Shown: piece after piece, positions 50,985-61,047 of the stretch | Numbering within the stretch: position 1 is the stretch's first letter | Layout: the number at the start of each line of letters is the position of its first letter | Assembly (NCBI GenBank): GCA_963783525.1 | Contig: CAWAOF010000033.1 | Span: 309,624-373,623, forward strand | Length of the DNA: 64,000 nt | Reading direction: 5' to 3' | From: an uncultured beta proteobacterium | GTDB taxonomy: Bacteria; Pseudomonadota; Gammaproteobacteria; Burkholderiales; Casimicrobiaceae | Program-made: the position numbers and the translations under genes | The notes under the pieces: model-generated | Databases searched by the model: none | What the model saw: the letters and a program-made list of their open reading frames with translations, nothing else | Told to the model about the DNA's origin: nothing

Positions 50985-51818
50985 ATGGGGACGGAACGCC
51001 CGATGTCCGACGCCCCGTCCCGCAACGTCCCGGCAAATGGGCGGTCCGACCGCCAAAGGGCAACCCAGGAGCAGCCCCTGAACCCGCACCCGACGCCTCC
51101 CCACTCGAGCCCGCTCGGGACGGTGCCAGGCGCTCCACGGGAGCTCGCGGCCGTAGCCCCCGACGTCACGCTTTGGTGGTGCCCGCTCGCGCGTACGCCG
51201 GACGAAGTCGGACGTCTCGCGGGCTGGCTTTCGGCCGCCGAAACGGCGCGTGCCGCCCGTTTCGGCAACGACCGCCTTCGGCACCGTTGGATCGCCGGGC
51301 GCACAACCCTGCGCCTCGTGCTCGGCCAGGCACTGGGCGTGCCGCCACCCGCGGTCGCGATCCGGCGCGGCGTGCGGGGACGACCCGAGCTCGCGGACCG
51401 GGAAGCCGCCATCGATTTCAACGTCTCGCACACGCACGACGTCGCGGTGATCGCGGTGGCGCGCAACGCCGGGGCGGGGCTGCGCATCGGGGTCGACGTC
51501 GAGCGCGCCGATCGCGACGTCGGCGCCGACCGGCTGGCGCGGAAGTTCCTGACGGAGCGCGAGCGGGCGTCGCTCGCCGGTCTCGAGGCCGACCTGCGGC
51601 GGCAGCTGTTCGTGCGCTACTGGACCTGCAAGGAGGCGATGAGCAAGGCCACCGGCGACGGTCTCATCGCCCCGTTCGGGCAGCTGGAAGTCCGCCTGGG
51701 CGATTCGCCGTGCCTCATCGCCGGTCCGCCGCCGTACCTGCCGCAGTACTGGTCACTGCACCCGGCCGACGTGCCCGAGGGCTGGTTTGCGACCCTGGCC
51801 GTCTGGCGCCGGCCCTGA
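50985..51818 (+). CDS. 4'-phosphopantetheinyl transferase (Sfp/EntD superfamily)
   Basis: ...AIDFNVSHTHDVAVIAVA...GVDVERADRD... and ...WTCKEAMSKATGDGL... (conserved FN.SHS, GVD.E and W..KEA..K motifs). Confidence 0.75.
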   Translation: MGTERPMSDAPSRNVPANGRSDRQRATQEQPLNPHPTPPHSSPLGTVPGAPRELAAVAPDVTLWWCPLARTPDEVGRLAGWLSAAETARAARFGNDRLRHRWIAGRTTLRLVLGQALGVPPPAVAIRRGVRGRPELADREAAIDFNVSHTHDVAVIAVARNAGAGLRIGVDVERADRDVGADRLARKFLTERERASLAGLEADLRRQLFVRYWTCKEAMSKATGDGLIAPFGQLEVRLGDSPCLIAGPPPYLPQYWSLHPADVPEGWFATLAVWRRP

Positions 51819-51836
51819 CCGGTCTGCGCGTGCTCG

Positions 51837-52704
51837 TCAGAGGTCGGCGGTCTTCGGATACTTCCAGCGCTTCTGGACCCACAGCCAGTCGGCCGGGCTT
51901 TCGAGAATCGCCTGTTCGAGGTTCCGCGCGAATCCCTCCATGATCGGCGAGTGCACATCGTCGGCACCGGGCGCGTACGGGGGCTCGGCGAGTACCGAAA
52001 AGCGTACGGTGTAGTGGCCGCGGCGGATGCGGCGCATCGCGACGTAGAGCACGGTTGCATCGAGGAACCGCGCAATCTTTTCCGCGCCGACGAAGAACGC
52101 GGTGTCCCGGCCCAGCAGCCGCGTCCAGTGCTTGCGCTCATCCCGGGGCGGGGTCTGATCGGCGATGAGTCCGTACGCGCGCGGTGTGCCGGCCCGGTTC
52201 ATGAGCTCGTAGACGAAATCCTGGCGTGGAAACGGCTTGCCCCCGAAGCGTGCCCGCGCCTCGCGCAGATAGCGATCGACGGACGCGACGCGCAAGGTCT
52301 GGTAGACCGCGTCGATCGGCAGTCCGAACGTCGCGCCACCGGCGAGCAGCAGCCACTCCCAGTTGCAGTAGTGGGGCGTGAGCAGCACCACCGACTGCTT
52401 TGCCGCGGCGCAGCGATGGACGACCTCGGGATTCTCGAATACGACGCGGCGCCGCAGCTCGTCCGCGCTCGCACCGAATCCCCACGCAGACTCCACCACG
52501 ACGTCCGCCAGATTGCGGTACGACTGGCGCACGAGATCCGCGCGCTCGGCCGCGGTCATCGCGGGAAAAGCGCGCGCGACATCGCCGGCGACCTGCTCGC
52601 GACGCCAGCGCCAGGCGTAGAACACCACCGCATAGATGCACCAGCGCCGCAGCGTAGAGCGCGCCGAGCCGCACGCGGGTGAGCGCGTTCAGGAGGAACC
52701 GCAT
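51837..52704 (-). CDS. lysophospholipid/lipid A (LpxL/HtrB-family) acyltransferase, one frameshift near 52610
   Basis: N-terminal TM piece MRFLLNALTRVRLGALYAAALVHLCGGVL joins ...FYAWRWRREQVAGDVARAFPAMTAAERADLVRQSYRNLADVVVESAW...VLLTPHYCNWEWLLL... (HX4D-like acyltransferase block). Confidence 0.7.
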
Positions 52705-52748
52705 GGGTGCGAGCGAGCGCGGGGGCGAGGCGTCGTGCGTCGTGGCGT

Positions 52749-54017
52749 TCAGCTCGACGTGCGCTGCGCGTGGATGAGCCAGAGCCGGGCGAGGTCGGCC
52801 GTCGCGTCGCCGCCCTGGATCGCCTTGAGCGTCGCGACGGCTTTCGCCTTCTGGCCGGCCGCGAGGTAGGCGATCGCGAGATGCAGCCGGGCATCGCCCT
52901 GCCGATTGCCGACACCTTTCTGGATTCCCTGCTCCATCAGCGCCAGCCCCTTGTCGAACTGCCCGGCGCTCACCAGCGCGAAGCCGACATTGACGAGCGG
53001 GGTCCCATCCTTTGCGCCAGCGGCATCCTTGGCGTTTTGCGCCAGGATCTTCTCGTCCTCGGCAACCTGTTTCGTCACCTGGTCGCGCAGCCGGCGCTGG
53101 GCGTCGCCGTCAGCGCCCGACCCCAGCACGCCCGCGGCAAATCCCCGGTCAATGATTCGCTTGGCTTCCGCGGGGAAACCGGCCTTGAGCGCCAATTGCG
53201 CCATCGCCATGTGCTGCTGCGCGCCAGTCAGATTACCGGTCGCCTCCCGCAGGCGCAGCACATCGAGTGCCAGCGATTCCGGGAACGCCGGCTTGGATTC
53301 GACGCGACGAATCGCATCCGCCCAGTATTCCTTCTTCGGGTAGTAGGCGAGGAGCTTCTCGAGCGCGAACGTGTAGCCCGCGTCGTCGTTCAGCTTGGCG
53401 TAGCAACTGGCCAGAATCTGCAGTTCGTCCAGTGCGGGGACCGCACCGCTCGCCTCACCGGCGGCGAGCGTCGAACGCAGCTCGGTCGCAACGGTCGCGC
53501 AATCGCCACCCTGGTAGAGCGCCCGGATCCGAAGCTGACGCAATTGCGGATTCGTGCCACCGTCCTGGAAATAGCGCGACGCCCACTGCGCGGCCTTTGG
53601 ATAGTCCGCGAGCTGGAAGTAATTGCGAGCGAGCACTTCGATCATCTTGAGCTGGTCGGCCGGCGCCGCGAACCCCGTCCCGACGACAATCTCGACCGAC
53701 TTGAGCGACGCCGGCACGTCGCCGGCGTCGGCAGCGGTGATCCCACGCATCCGTTCGATGACGAAGATCTCGTAGGGAGTGCGCTCGGGGACGCCGTCGG
53801 CCTCCCGCAGCTTGGCGAGCGCCTCGGGATACTTCTTGGCGACGACGAGCTCTTCCGCGGCCTTGAGCTGCGCCGCGATTTCAGGGCGGACCGTGTTGGT
53901 CTTCGCGTCACCGGTTTGCGCGAGCGCCGGTGCTGCGCCACCACCCCATACCGCGAGCAGCGTCGCGAGCGCGACGCCGAAGAACGGCTTGCGCCAGAAA
54001 TGTCGATGTCGATGCAT
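52749..54017 (-). CDS. secreted tetratricopeptide-repeat protein
   Basis: 422 aa with a signal peptide and multiple TPR-like Ala/Leu-rich helices. Confidence 0.7.
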   Translation of the reverse strand: MHRHRHFWRKPFFGVALATLLAVWGGGAAPALAQTGDAKTNTVRPEIAAQLKAAEELVVAKKYPEALAKLREADGVPERTPYEIFVIERMRGITAADAGDVPASLKSVEIVVGTGFAAPADQLKMIEVLARNYFQLADYPKAAQWASRYFQDGGTNPQLRQLRIRALYQGGDCATVATELRSTLAAGEASGAVPALDELQILASCYAKLNDDAGYTFALEKLLAYYPKKEYWADAIRRVESKPAFPESLALDVLRLREATGNLTGAQQHMAMAQLALKAGFPAEAKRIIDRGFAAGVLGSGADGDAQRRLRDQVTKQVAEDEKILAQNAKDAAGAKDGTPLVNVGFALVSAGQFDKGLALMEQGIQKGVGNRQGDARLHLAIAYLAAGQKAKAVATLKAIQGGDATADLARLWLIHAQRTSS

Positions 54018-54179
54018 AGGGCGGGCGTCCGGCGATTGGCGGGGGCTCAGGCAGAGCTGCGGGCAGGGCTGCGGCCCCGCCGGCGCAAGCCCGGCATTCT
54101 ACAAGCATTGCCGCGGCAGGCAGTGTCGGTGCCGCCACTACACCTGCCCCCGGGGACAGATCCGCCGGTAACAGCGCGC

Positions 54180-56576
54180 TCAGCCTTCGAGCAGCCTCGC
54201 CGCGATCTGCTGCGGCGTGAGACCGGCATTGGCCGCGGCCAGCTCCTTGTCGCGCGCGATGTTGCGCTCGAGCTGGGTCTTCGCCGAGCGATATTGCTTC
54301 GGCCACGCGATGTCGGGGTAGCCGATTTTCGCGGCCTCGCTCAAGGTCCAGGCCGGGTTCGCAAGGTGCGGCCGCGCGATCGCGCACAGGTCGGCGCGCC
54401 CCGCCGCGATGATGCTGTTCGCGTGATCCGCCTCGAATATCGCGCCGACCGCGATCGTCGCAATGCCGGCCTCGTTGCGGATGCGATCGGCGAACGGCGT
54501 CTGGTACATGCGGCCGTAGACCGGCGCGGCGTGGGGAACGACCTGCCCCGACGAGCAATCGATGAGGTCCGCGCCGGCGGCCTTGAACAGCCGTCCGATT
54601 TCGACCGCGTCGTCCGGCGCGATGCCGCCCTCCGCCCAGTCGTGCGCCGAGATTCGCACGCTGATCGGCCGGTCGGGGGGCCACATCGCGCGAATTGCCG
54701 CGAACACTTCGAGCGGATACCGGCAGCGGTTCGCGAGACTGCCGCCATACTCGTCCTCCCGCCGGTTGGTCAGCGGCGAGATGAACGACGACAGCAGGTA
54801 GCCGTGCGCGCAATGCAGCTCGAGCCAGTCGAAGCCGGCTTCGGCCGCCCGCCGCGCCGCCGCAACGAAATCGGCGCTGATGCGCACGAGATCCGCGCGC
54901 GTCGCCGCGCGCGCCGTCTGCGAGACGCCGGTGAGATACTGCTGCGCACTCGCCGCCACGAGCGACCAGTTGTCCGCCGGCAATGGCCGATCCTCGCCGC
55001 CGTCCCACGGCACGCAGGTCGAGCCCTTGGGGCCGGCGTGTCCGAGCTGGATGGCGATCTTCGCGTCGGTGTCGCGGTGCACGAAGTCGACGATGCGCCG
55101 CCACGCGTCGCGCTGCGCGTCGTTCCACAGTCCCGGGCAACCCGGGGTGATCCGGGCGTCGGGCGACACGCAGGTCATTTCCGCGAACACGAGGGCGGCG
55201 CCGCCCATCGCACGCGCACCGAGGTGCACGAGGTGGTAGTCGCCCGGAATGCCGTCCCGGGCCGAATACTGCGCCATCGGCGACACGACGATCCGGTTCT
55301 TGAGCACGACGCCGCGCGCCCGGTACGGCGTCAGCATCGGCGGAACGCTGCGCGAGGTCGGTGGCGGCGCGATCCCGGCCGCCGCGAACGCACGGCCAGC
55401 GACCCAGTTCTCGTAGCGCTCGACGAACGCCGGATCGCGCAGCCGCAGATTCTCGTGCGAGATGCGTTGGCTGCGGGTCAGCATCGAATAGGCGAACTGG
55501 TCGGCTTCGAGGGCGGTGTAGCGCCGCACATTCTCGAACCACTCCATCGAGTTCTTCGCCGAGCTCTGGATCTTCAGCACCTCGACCGAGCGCACCTCCT
55601 GGTAGACGGACAGCACCTTGTCCATTCCCTCGGCACCGTGCGTTCGGAAACAGCGCGCGAGCTCGATCGCATCCTCGAGCGCGAGCTTGGTGCCCGAGCC
55701 GATCGAGTAGTGGGCCGTGTGCGCCGCGTCGCCCATCAGCACGATCGGCACGCTCCTGCCGCGGACGGCGATCCGGTGCACCCAGTTGCGACAGACCACA
55801 CGCGGAAACTTGATCCAGATCGCCGAACCGCGAAGGTGCGCCGCGTTGGACAGCAGCCGATGTCCATCCAGGTATTGCGCGAACAGCCGTTCGCAGAACG
55901 CAATGCCCTCGGCCTGGTCCATGCGGTCGAGCCCGGCCTTCTGCCACACGTCCTCCGGCGTTTCGATGATGAAGGTCGACGTGTCGCCGTCGAACTGGTA
56001 GATGTGCGCCTGGAACCAGCCGTGCTCGGTTTCCTCGAATGCGAACGTGAACGCTGCGAACGGCTTCTTCGTGCCGAGCCAGACGAAACGGCAGCGGCGC
56101 ACGTCGATGTCCGGCGCGAACGTGTCCTGGTAGCGCGCGCGGATCGCGCTGTTGATGCCGTCGCAGGCGATCACCAGGTCGGCGCCGTACTGCGCCGCCA
56201 CCTCGCGCTCATCGGTCACGTTGGTCTCGAACACGAGCGAGACCCCCAGCTCCTCGCACCGCGCCTGCAGGATGTTGAGCAGGCGCTTGCGACCGATCCC
56301 GCAGAAGCCGTGCCCGCCGGACGTGATACGGCGCCCCTTGAAGAAGACGTCGATGTCGTCCCAGTGATTGAACGCCTGCAGAATCGTGCGCGCCGTCGGC
56401 TCGTCCGCGGCGACGAGGTTGCCAAGGGTCTGATCGGAGAACACGACACCCCAGCCGAATGTGTCGTACGGGCGGTTGCGCTCGACGACGACGATCTCGT
56501 GCGTCGGATCCTGTTTCTTCATCAGCAGGCCGAAGTAGAGTCCCGCGGGGCCGCCCCCGATGCAAACGATCTTCAT
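54180..56576 (-). CDS. bifunctional FAD-dependent monooxygenase / Old-Yellow-Enzyme oxidoreductase (salicylyl-CoA 5-hydroxylase-like), 798 aa
   Basis: True start [21 protein letters not shown] (Rossmann GxGxxG) at 56576. Hydroxylase ...[25 protein letters not shown].... C-terminal OYE/TIM barrel ...[17 protein letters not shown]...[24 protein letters not shown]...[11 protein letters not shown].... Confidence 0.8.
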   Translation of the reverse strand: MKIVCIGGGPAGLYFGLLMKKQDPTHEIVVVERNRPYDTFGWGVVFSDQTLGNLVAADEPTARTILQAFNHWDDIDVFFKGRRITSGGHGFCGIGRKRLLNILQARCEELGVSLVFETNVTDEREVAAQYGADLVIACDGINSAIRARYQDTFAPDIDVRRCRFVWLGTKKPFAAFTFAFEETEHGWFQAHIYQFDGDTSTFIIETPEDVWQKAGLDRMDQAEGIAFCERLFAQYLDGHRLLSNAAHLRGSAIWIKFPRVVCRNWVHRIAVRGRSVPIVLMGDAAHTAHYSIGSGTKLALEDAIELARCFRTHGAEGMDKVLSVYQEVRSVEVLKIQSSAKNSMEWFENVRRYTALEADQFAYSMLTRSQRISHENLRLRDPAFVERYENWVAGRAFAAAGIAPPPTSRSVPPMLTPYRARGVVLKNRIVVSPMAQYSARDGIPGDYHLVHLGARAMGGAALVFAEMTCVSPDARITPGCPGLWNDAQRDAWRRIVDFVHRDTDAKIAIQLGHAGPKGSTCVPWDGGEDRPLPADNWSLVAASAQQYLTGVSQTARAATRADLVRISADFVAAARRAAEAGFDWLELHCAHGYLLSSFISPLTNRREDEYGGSLANRCRYPLEVFAAIRAMWPPDRPISVRISAHDWAEGGIAPDDAVEIGRLFKAAGADLIDCSSGQVVPHAAPVYGRMYQTPFADRIRNEAGIATIAVGAIFEADHANSIIAAGRADLCAIARPHLANPAWTLSEAAKIGYPDIAWPKQYRSAKTQLERNIARDKELAAANAGLTPQQIAARLLEG

Positions 56577-56620
56577 CCGTTGCCGCTCCCTCGGGGTGCC
56601 CGCCGGCGATGTCCGGCGAC

Positions 56621-57475
56621 TCAGGCCCGCCGCGTGCGGGCCCCGATATCCGCTTCCACCAGCCCGCGCAGATCCGGCGTGACCGTCGGCATGACCCCGA
56701 ACCATTTCTCGAAGCCGAATCCGGCCTGGCGCAGCAGCATGCCGAGACCGTCGACGACCCGGTGGCCGCGCCGGCGCCCGTCGGCGAGAAGGGTCGTTTC
56801 CAGCGGTACGTAGACGAGATCGCAGACAACCGCGCTGCGCTTCAGCGGCGCGATGTCGACCGCGAGCGGCGGCTTGCCCTGCATTCCGCACGACGTGCAG
56901 TTGACGAGCAGGTCCGCCGAGGGCAACAGGCCGGCGAGCTCGTTCGGCGCGTGCGCCGAGGCCTTCGGACCGAAGCGCTCCGCGAGGTCCTGAGCATGCG
57001 CGAACGTGCGATTGACCAGCGCGACGGTGAACCCGCGATGGAGCAGTGCATAGGTGGTGGAATGGGCAGCGCCACCCGCGCCCAGCACGACGGCACGACC
57101 GCCCGCACCGTCCCACCCCGGGACGCATTCGTCCAGATTGGCGACGAATCCGTGGACGTCGGAGTTGCCGCCGATCAACCGGCCCTCATCGTACCAAACA
57201 GTGTTGACCGCGCCGACCGCCTCGGCGACCGCATCCCGCCGGGTAACGAGTCGGAACGCCGCCTCCTTGTGCGGAACCGTCACATTGCCCCCGACGAAAC
57301 CATGTGCTGACAGCCGCGTCAGGAAGGATTCGAACGCGTCCGGGGCGACGTCCTGCAGCTCGTAACGACCCGGGATGCCGAGCGCCGCGAGCCAGTGATT
57401 GTGGATCAGCGGCGAGCGCGAGTGCGCGATCGGATGGCCCATGACGCACGCGCGGCGGACCGGACCGTTGCTCAT
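56621..57475 (-). CDS. aroE: shikimate 5-dehydrogenase
   Basis: [43 protein letters not shown]...[12 protein letters not shown]...[16 protein letters not shown].... Confidence 0.9.
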   Translation of the reverse strand: MSNGPVRRACVMGHPIAHSRSPLIHNHWLAALGIPGRYELQDVAPDAFESFLTRLSAHGFVGGNVTVPHKEAAFRLVTRRDAVAEAVGAVNTVWYDEGRLIGGNSDVHGFVANLDECVPGWDGAGGRAVVLGAGGAAHSTTYALLHRGFTVALVNRTFAHAQDLAERFGPKASAHAPNELAGLLPSADLLVNCTSCGMQGKPPLAVDIAPLKRSAVVCDLVYVPLETTLLADGRRRGHRVVDGLGMLLRQAGFGFEKWFGVMPTVTPDLRGLVEADIGARTRRA

Positions 57476-57618
57476 GCAGGAACCTTGCTCTTCATGACCT
57501 CGGCTTTCTACAATGGGCCGCATTCTAGCGTGCCGCGTCCTTGATCGGCGAAACACGCGGCGCGAGCCGCGCTCGCGCGGGGACCGCACGCCCGAAGCGT
57601 CCTGACCGGCACGTCCCG

Positions 57619-59442
57619 ATGTCGAGTTACAACGTGACCCCCTCCACCGATAGCGCGACGGCATGCGGGCCGTGGAACCCGGGCCTCGAGTCGCGCATAC
57701 CGCGACAGTTCCGTCATCTGGCAACGATCTTTCGGTCCGACAACGTTCGCGTCGACATGGCACGGGTGGACGAGCTCACCGACCTCACGGGACTGGACCC
57801 GGGAGAGCTCGTGGCGTTCCGGCCCGAGCGGTTGGCGCTGCACGAGCTGCTGGTGCGGGTCACCGCCGATTTTTCGGTCCCCGACGGTTCGCGAATCGAG
57901 GATCTCGGCATCAACTTCCGCGCCATCGTCCGCACGCTGCTGGCCCGACACATCGAGCCGCGGATGGACACGATCAGGGCGACGTATGCCGGGCTCCGGA
58001 CGAGTCTCGCCGCCACGATCGATACCGAGCTCGGTCGACTGCTGCCCGGCACCGCGACCACCGATCCCATCGCGCCGGCAAAGCCCAGGCGTGGATTGCG
58101 CGCGCTCTTCGGCGGCGATCGAGTCGAGGCAACGCCGGCGCGGACGATGCCCCTGCCGCAGGACCGGGTGATCGCCGAGTGGCAGAGCGCCGGCCACGCG
58201 GCGGGCGACGCGTTGCAGCGGGCGGCGTGCCGCGCGCTCGCGCGCGTTGCCTCGGCACTTCTCGTGCGCCACGGGCGCGTCTGGGGCAGCCGCGAATTGA
58301 TCGCGGCACTCGCCACCGACCTCGCCTGCAACGACCTCGCCGCGGACGAAATCGGTCGCCTGATGGAACCCTGGCTGCGGGAAGCGGCCATCGCCGAGGG
58401 CCACCGCCTGCTGCCGCGGCAGGATCGGCCGATGGTCATGAATACGAAAGGTCCGTCGGCATCGGGCAAGAGCACGCTGCGTCCGCTGCAACGCCGGCTC
58501 GCCGGCGACATCGGCGTGAACTGGAGCGAGTTCGCGCTGATCAGCCCGGACATCTGGCGCAAGCAGTTGCTCGATTACGGCTCGCTGGGCGATGCGTACA
58601 AGTACGCCGGCGCGTTCACCGGCGACGAGTTGCAGCTCGTCGACCGGAAGCTCGACCGCTACATGGCGCGCAAGGCCGAGCAGGGCAACATGACGCACCT
58701 GCTGATCGATCGCTTCCGCTTCGACAGCTTCGCTCCCGATTCCGACGAGGCAGGGAGCAATCTGCTGACGCGATTCGGGCAGATCGTCTATCTCTTCTTC
58801 ATGATCACCCCGCCGGAATCGCTCGTCGTTCGCGCCTGGAAGCGCGGACTCGAGGTCGGGCGCTACAAGGCGGTCGATGACACGCTTGCGCACAGCGTCG
58901 AGGCGTATTCGGGGATGCCGCAGCTCTTCTTCACCTGGGTCGGCCGAGCCGACAAGCGCGTGCATTTCGAATTCCTCGACAACAGCGTGAACCTCGGGGA
59001 GCGCCCGCGTACCGTCGCCTTCGGGTGGAACGACGAGCTCAACGTGCTCGACGTCAAGTGCGTTCTCGACGTCGAGCGCTACCGCCGTGTCGACGTCGAC
59101 GCCACCGGGCCGGAGCGGCTGTACCGCGACCGCGGCCTGCTGGCGCCGGAGAAGAACACGGGCTTCCTGCGGCAATGCGTCGACCGCTTCCGTGAAATCC
59201 ATTTTGCGGAGCAGGAGACCGGCCGCATCTATCTCAGCGTGGTCGGCGGCGCGCCGGTCTGGATCGACCGCGAGCTCTTCGACAACGCGGTCGCCGACCC
59301 CGACACCCGGGCCGGCCTGCGGGCAGCGGCACCTTCGGCCTTCGATCGCACGCTCCCCGCCGCCGACGAACCGCGCTATCTGCGGGCGCTGGCCGGTGCC
59401 GAGCGGGTCCACACTCTCGGCGCCTGGGGAAGCCCCGGCTGA
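57619..59442 (+). CDS. large hypothetical protein (607 aa) with C-terminal P-loop kinase-like domain (zeta-toxin / chloramphenicol-phosphotransferase-like Walker A GPSASGKST)
   Basis: Plus-strand ORF with normal amino-acid usage (the minus-strand ORF 57508..59412 is Arg/Gly-rich antisense). ...MVMNTKGPSASGKSTLRPLQRRLAGDIGVNWSEFALISPDIWRKQLLDYGSLGDAYKYAGAFTGDELQLVDRKLDRYMARKAEQGNMTHLLIDRFRFD.... The N-terminal about 330 aa match no family I recognise. Confidence 0.6.
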   Translation: MSSYNVTPSTDSATACGPWNPGLESRIPRQFRHLATIFRSDNVRVDMARVDELTDLTGLDPGELVAFRPERLALHELLVRVTADFSVPDGSRIEDLGINFRAIVRTLLARHIEPRMDTIRATYAGLRTSLAATIDTELGRLLPGTATTDPIAPAKPRRGLRALFGGDRVEATPARTMPLPQDRVIAEWQSAGHAAGDALQRAACRALARVASALLVRHGRVWGSRELIAALATDLACNDLAADEIGRLMEPWLREAAIAEGHRLLPRQDRPMVMNTKGPSASGKSTLRPLQRRLAGDIGVNWSEFALISPDIWRKQLLDYGSLGDAYKYAGAFTGDELQLVDRKLDRYMARKAEQGNMTHLLIDRFRFDSFAPDSDEAGSNLLTRFGQIVYLFFMITPPESLVVRAWKRGLEVGRYKAVDDTLAHSVEAYSGMPQLFFTWVGRADKRVHFEFLDNSVNLGERPRTVAFGWNDELNVLDVKCVLDVERYRRVDVDATGPERLYRDRGLLAPEKNTGFLRQCVDRFREIHFAEQETGRIYLSVVGGAPVWIDRELFDNAVADPDTRAGLRAAAPSAFDRTLPAADEPRYLRALAGAERVHTLGAWGSPG

Positions 59443-59492
59443 ACGATCGGGTTTGGGCCGGCCCGCGTTGGGGTGGGCGCGCCGTCGACGCG

Positions 59493-60386
59493 TTATCGGG
59501 TTTGGTCAGGGCGCGGCGGAAGACTGCGCAGGTACGCGATCATCGCAGTCAGATCGTCCGCGGTGAGCTGGCTCGTCGTGTTGCGCACGACCTCCGCCAT
59601 CGCCTCGTCGGCGGAATCGAAGTCCGGAGTGATTCCCGTCAGCAGGAATTCCCTGAGCTCAGCATCGCTCCACTTGCCGAGCCCCGTCGGGGTCAGATTC
59701 GCCAACGCCTTCCCGCCGGGACCCTTGCCCCCGGCGAGCGCCCGATCACGCTTCATGCCACCGAAAAGATTGCGCGGCGTGTGGCATTCGCCGCAGTGGC
59801 CGAGGGCCTCGACCAGATAGGCGCCCCGCTCGACGACGGCGGTGCGGCTGCTGTCGGCAACCCACGGTCCCGGCGTGAAGTAAAGCCACTTCCAGGCGGC
59901 GAGCGGGACTCGCCACCTGAATGGCAAGCGCAGGTCATGCGCCTGGTTGGGTCGCTCGTTGGGCGGTAGCGCACGCAGGTAGGCCCACAGGTCGGAGAGA
60001 TCGGCATCGGTGATCCGCGTGAACGACGGATACGGGAACGCGGGGTAGTAATGGGCACCGTCGGGGCGCACGCCGTCGCGCATCGCGCGAATGAAATCCG
60101 CCTCGGTCCAGCGACCGAGTCCGGCCACTACGTGCGGGGTGAGATTGGGCCCGTAGAACGTACCGTAGCGCGTTTTCAGCGCGCGCCCGCCGGCGAGCGG
60201 CGCGGCGCCCTGCCGGTCCTCGGTGTGGCAGGCGACGCACCCGCCCGCCTTGGCGAGGTACTGCCCGCGCTTCGCGTCACCGGCAGCGCCGGCGCTGCCG
60301 ATCGCAGCGCCCAGAAGCAACGCGACGCCAACTGCTCCGCGCAGCAGACGGCAAACCAATGGATCTCGGCAGATTGTATGCCGCAA
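59493..60386 (-). CDS. dihaem cytochrome c (class I), secreted
   Basis: Two CXXCH motifs (GGCVACH, CGECH) and a signal peptide. Confidence 0.8.
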   Translation of the reverse strand: MRHTICRDPLVCRLLRGAVGVALLLGAAIGSAGAAGDAKRGQYLAKAGGCVACHTEDRQGAAPLAGGRALKTRYGTFYGPNLTPHVVAGLGRWTEADFIRAMRDGVRPDGAHYYPAFPYPSFTRITDADLSDLWAYLRALPPNERPNQAHDLRLPFRWRVPLAAWKWLYFTPGPWVADSSRTAVVERGAYLVEALGHCGECHTPRNLFGGMKRDRALAGGKGPGGKALANLTPTGLGKWSDAELREFLLTGITPDFDSADEAMAEVVRNTTSQLTADDLTAMIAYLRSLPPRPDQTR

Positions 60387-60441
60387 AGCGCCCGACCTGC
60401 TCAGCCCCGCCGCAGCGGGGCAATCCTCGTCGCTGCGACCG

Positions 60442-60906
60442 TTATTGCTGCGGCCGCTGCCGGAACGAGTCGTGGCAACCGTTGCAGGCCTTGTTGAGAT
60501 CGGTGATCGCCGTCTTGATGTTGGCCTCGTTGCCGGACTTGACCGTCGCCGTGAACTTTGCCATTTCGTTCATCATCGTGTCCTGCGCGGCCTTCCATTT
60601 GGCCGGGTCGGAATAGATCTCCGGCAGCGCCCGGCTCTTGACGCCCTGCGTGCTCGGATCGAAGCCGTCCCATGCCATCTTGATCAGGACCTCGAGGTAA
60701 CCCGCGTTGCGCGCGACAATGCTTGCGTCGTACGGAATCCTCCCCTGCGCCATGGGCACGATCGAATAGAGGTACTTGCCCTGCAGACGCATGGCGGCGA
60801 GGCGCTGATCGACCAGAACCTCGGGCTTGACCTGTGCGGCGGCATGCTGCGCGCACGCCGCGCCGAGCGCGATGGCCAGACCCACCGTGAAGAAACTTCT
60901 ATGCAT
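60442..60906 (-). CDS. cytochrome c' (class II cytochrome c)
   Basis: Signal peptide MHRSFFTVGLAIALGAACAQHAAA. Four-helix-bundle-like sequence with a single C-terminal CNGCH haem site. Confidence 0.75.
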   Translation of the reverse strand: MHRSFFTVGLAIALGAACAQHAAAQVKPEVLVDQRLAAMRLQGKYLYSIVPMAQGRIPYDASIVARNAGYLEVLIKMAWDGFDPSTQGVKSRALPEIYSDPAKWKAAQDTMMNEMAKFTATVKSGNEANIKTAITDLNKACNGCHDSFRQRPQQ

Positions 60907-61047
60907 TGGACCATCCATGTAGAGTGTCGTGTACGACCTGCCGTGCAGGTCCCCGGAGCGGGTAACAGCCACGAGCGCCCGACTATTCCTGCGAAGCCGC
61001 GGCGACATCTGCGGCGTGGAATCTTATCAGCGGTCGGGCCGATGAAC

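Noticed and set aside
52707-56813. 1368-aa plus-strand ORF, the longest in the track
   Set aside because: Antisense to the TPR protein and the monooxygenase/OYE fusion. Composition is dominated by R/A/G/D with no motifs.
57508-59412. 634-aa minus-strand ORF
   Set aside because: Overlaps the plus-strand 607-aa ORF, which has normal amino-acid usage and a Walker A motif. The minus frame is Arg/Gly/Asp junk.
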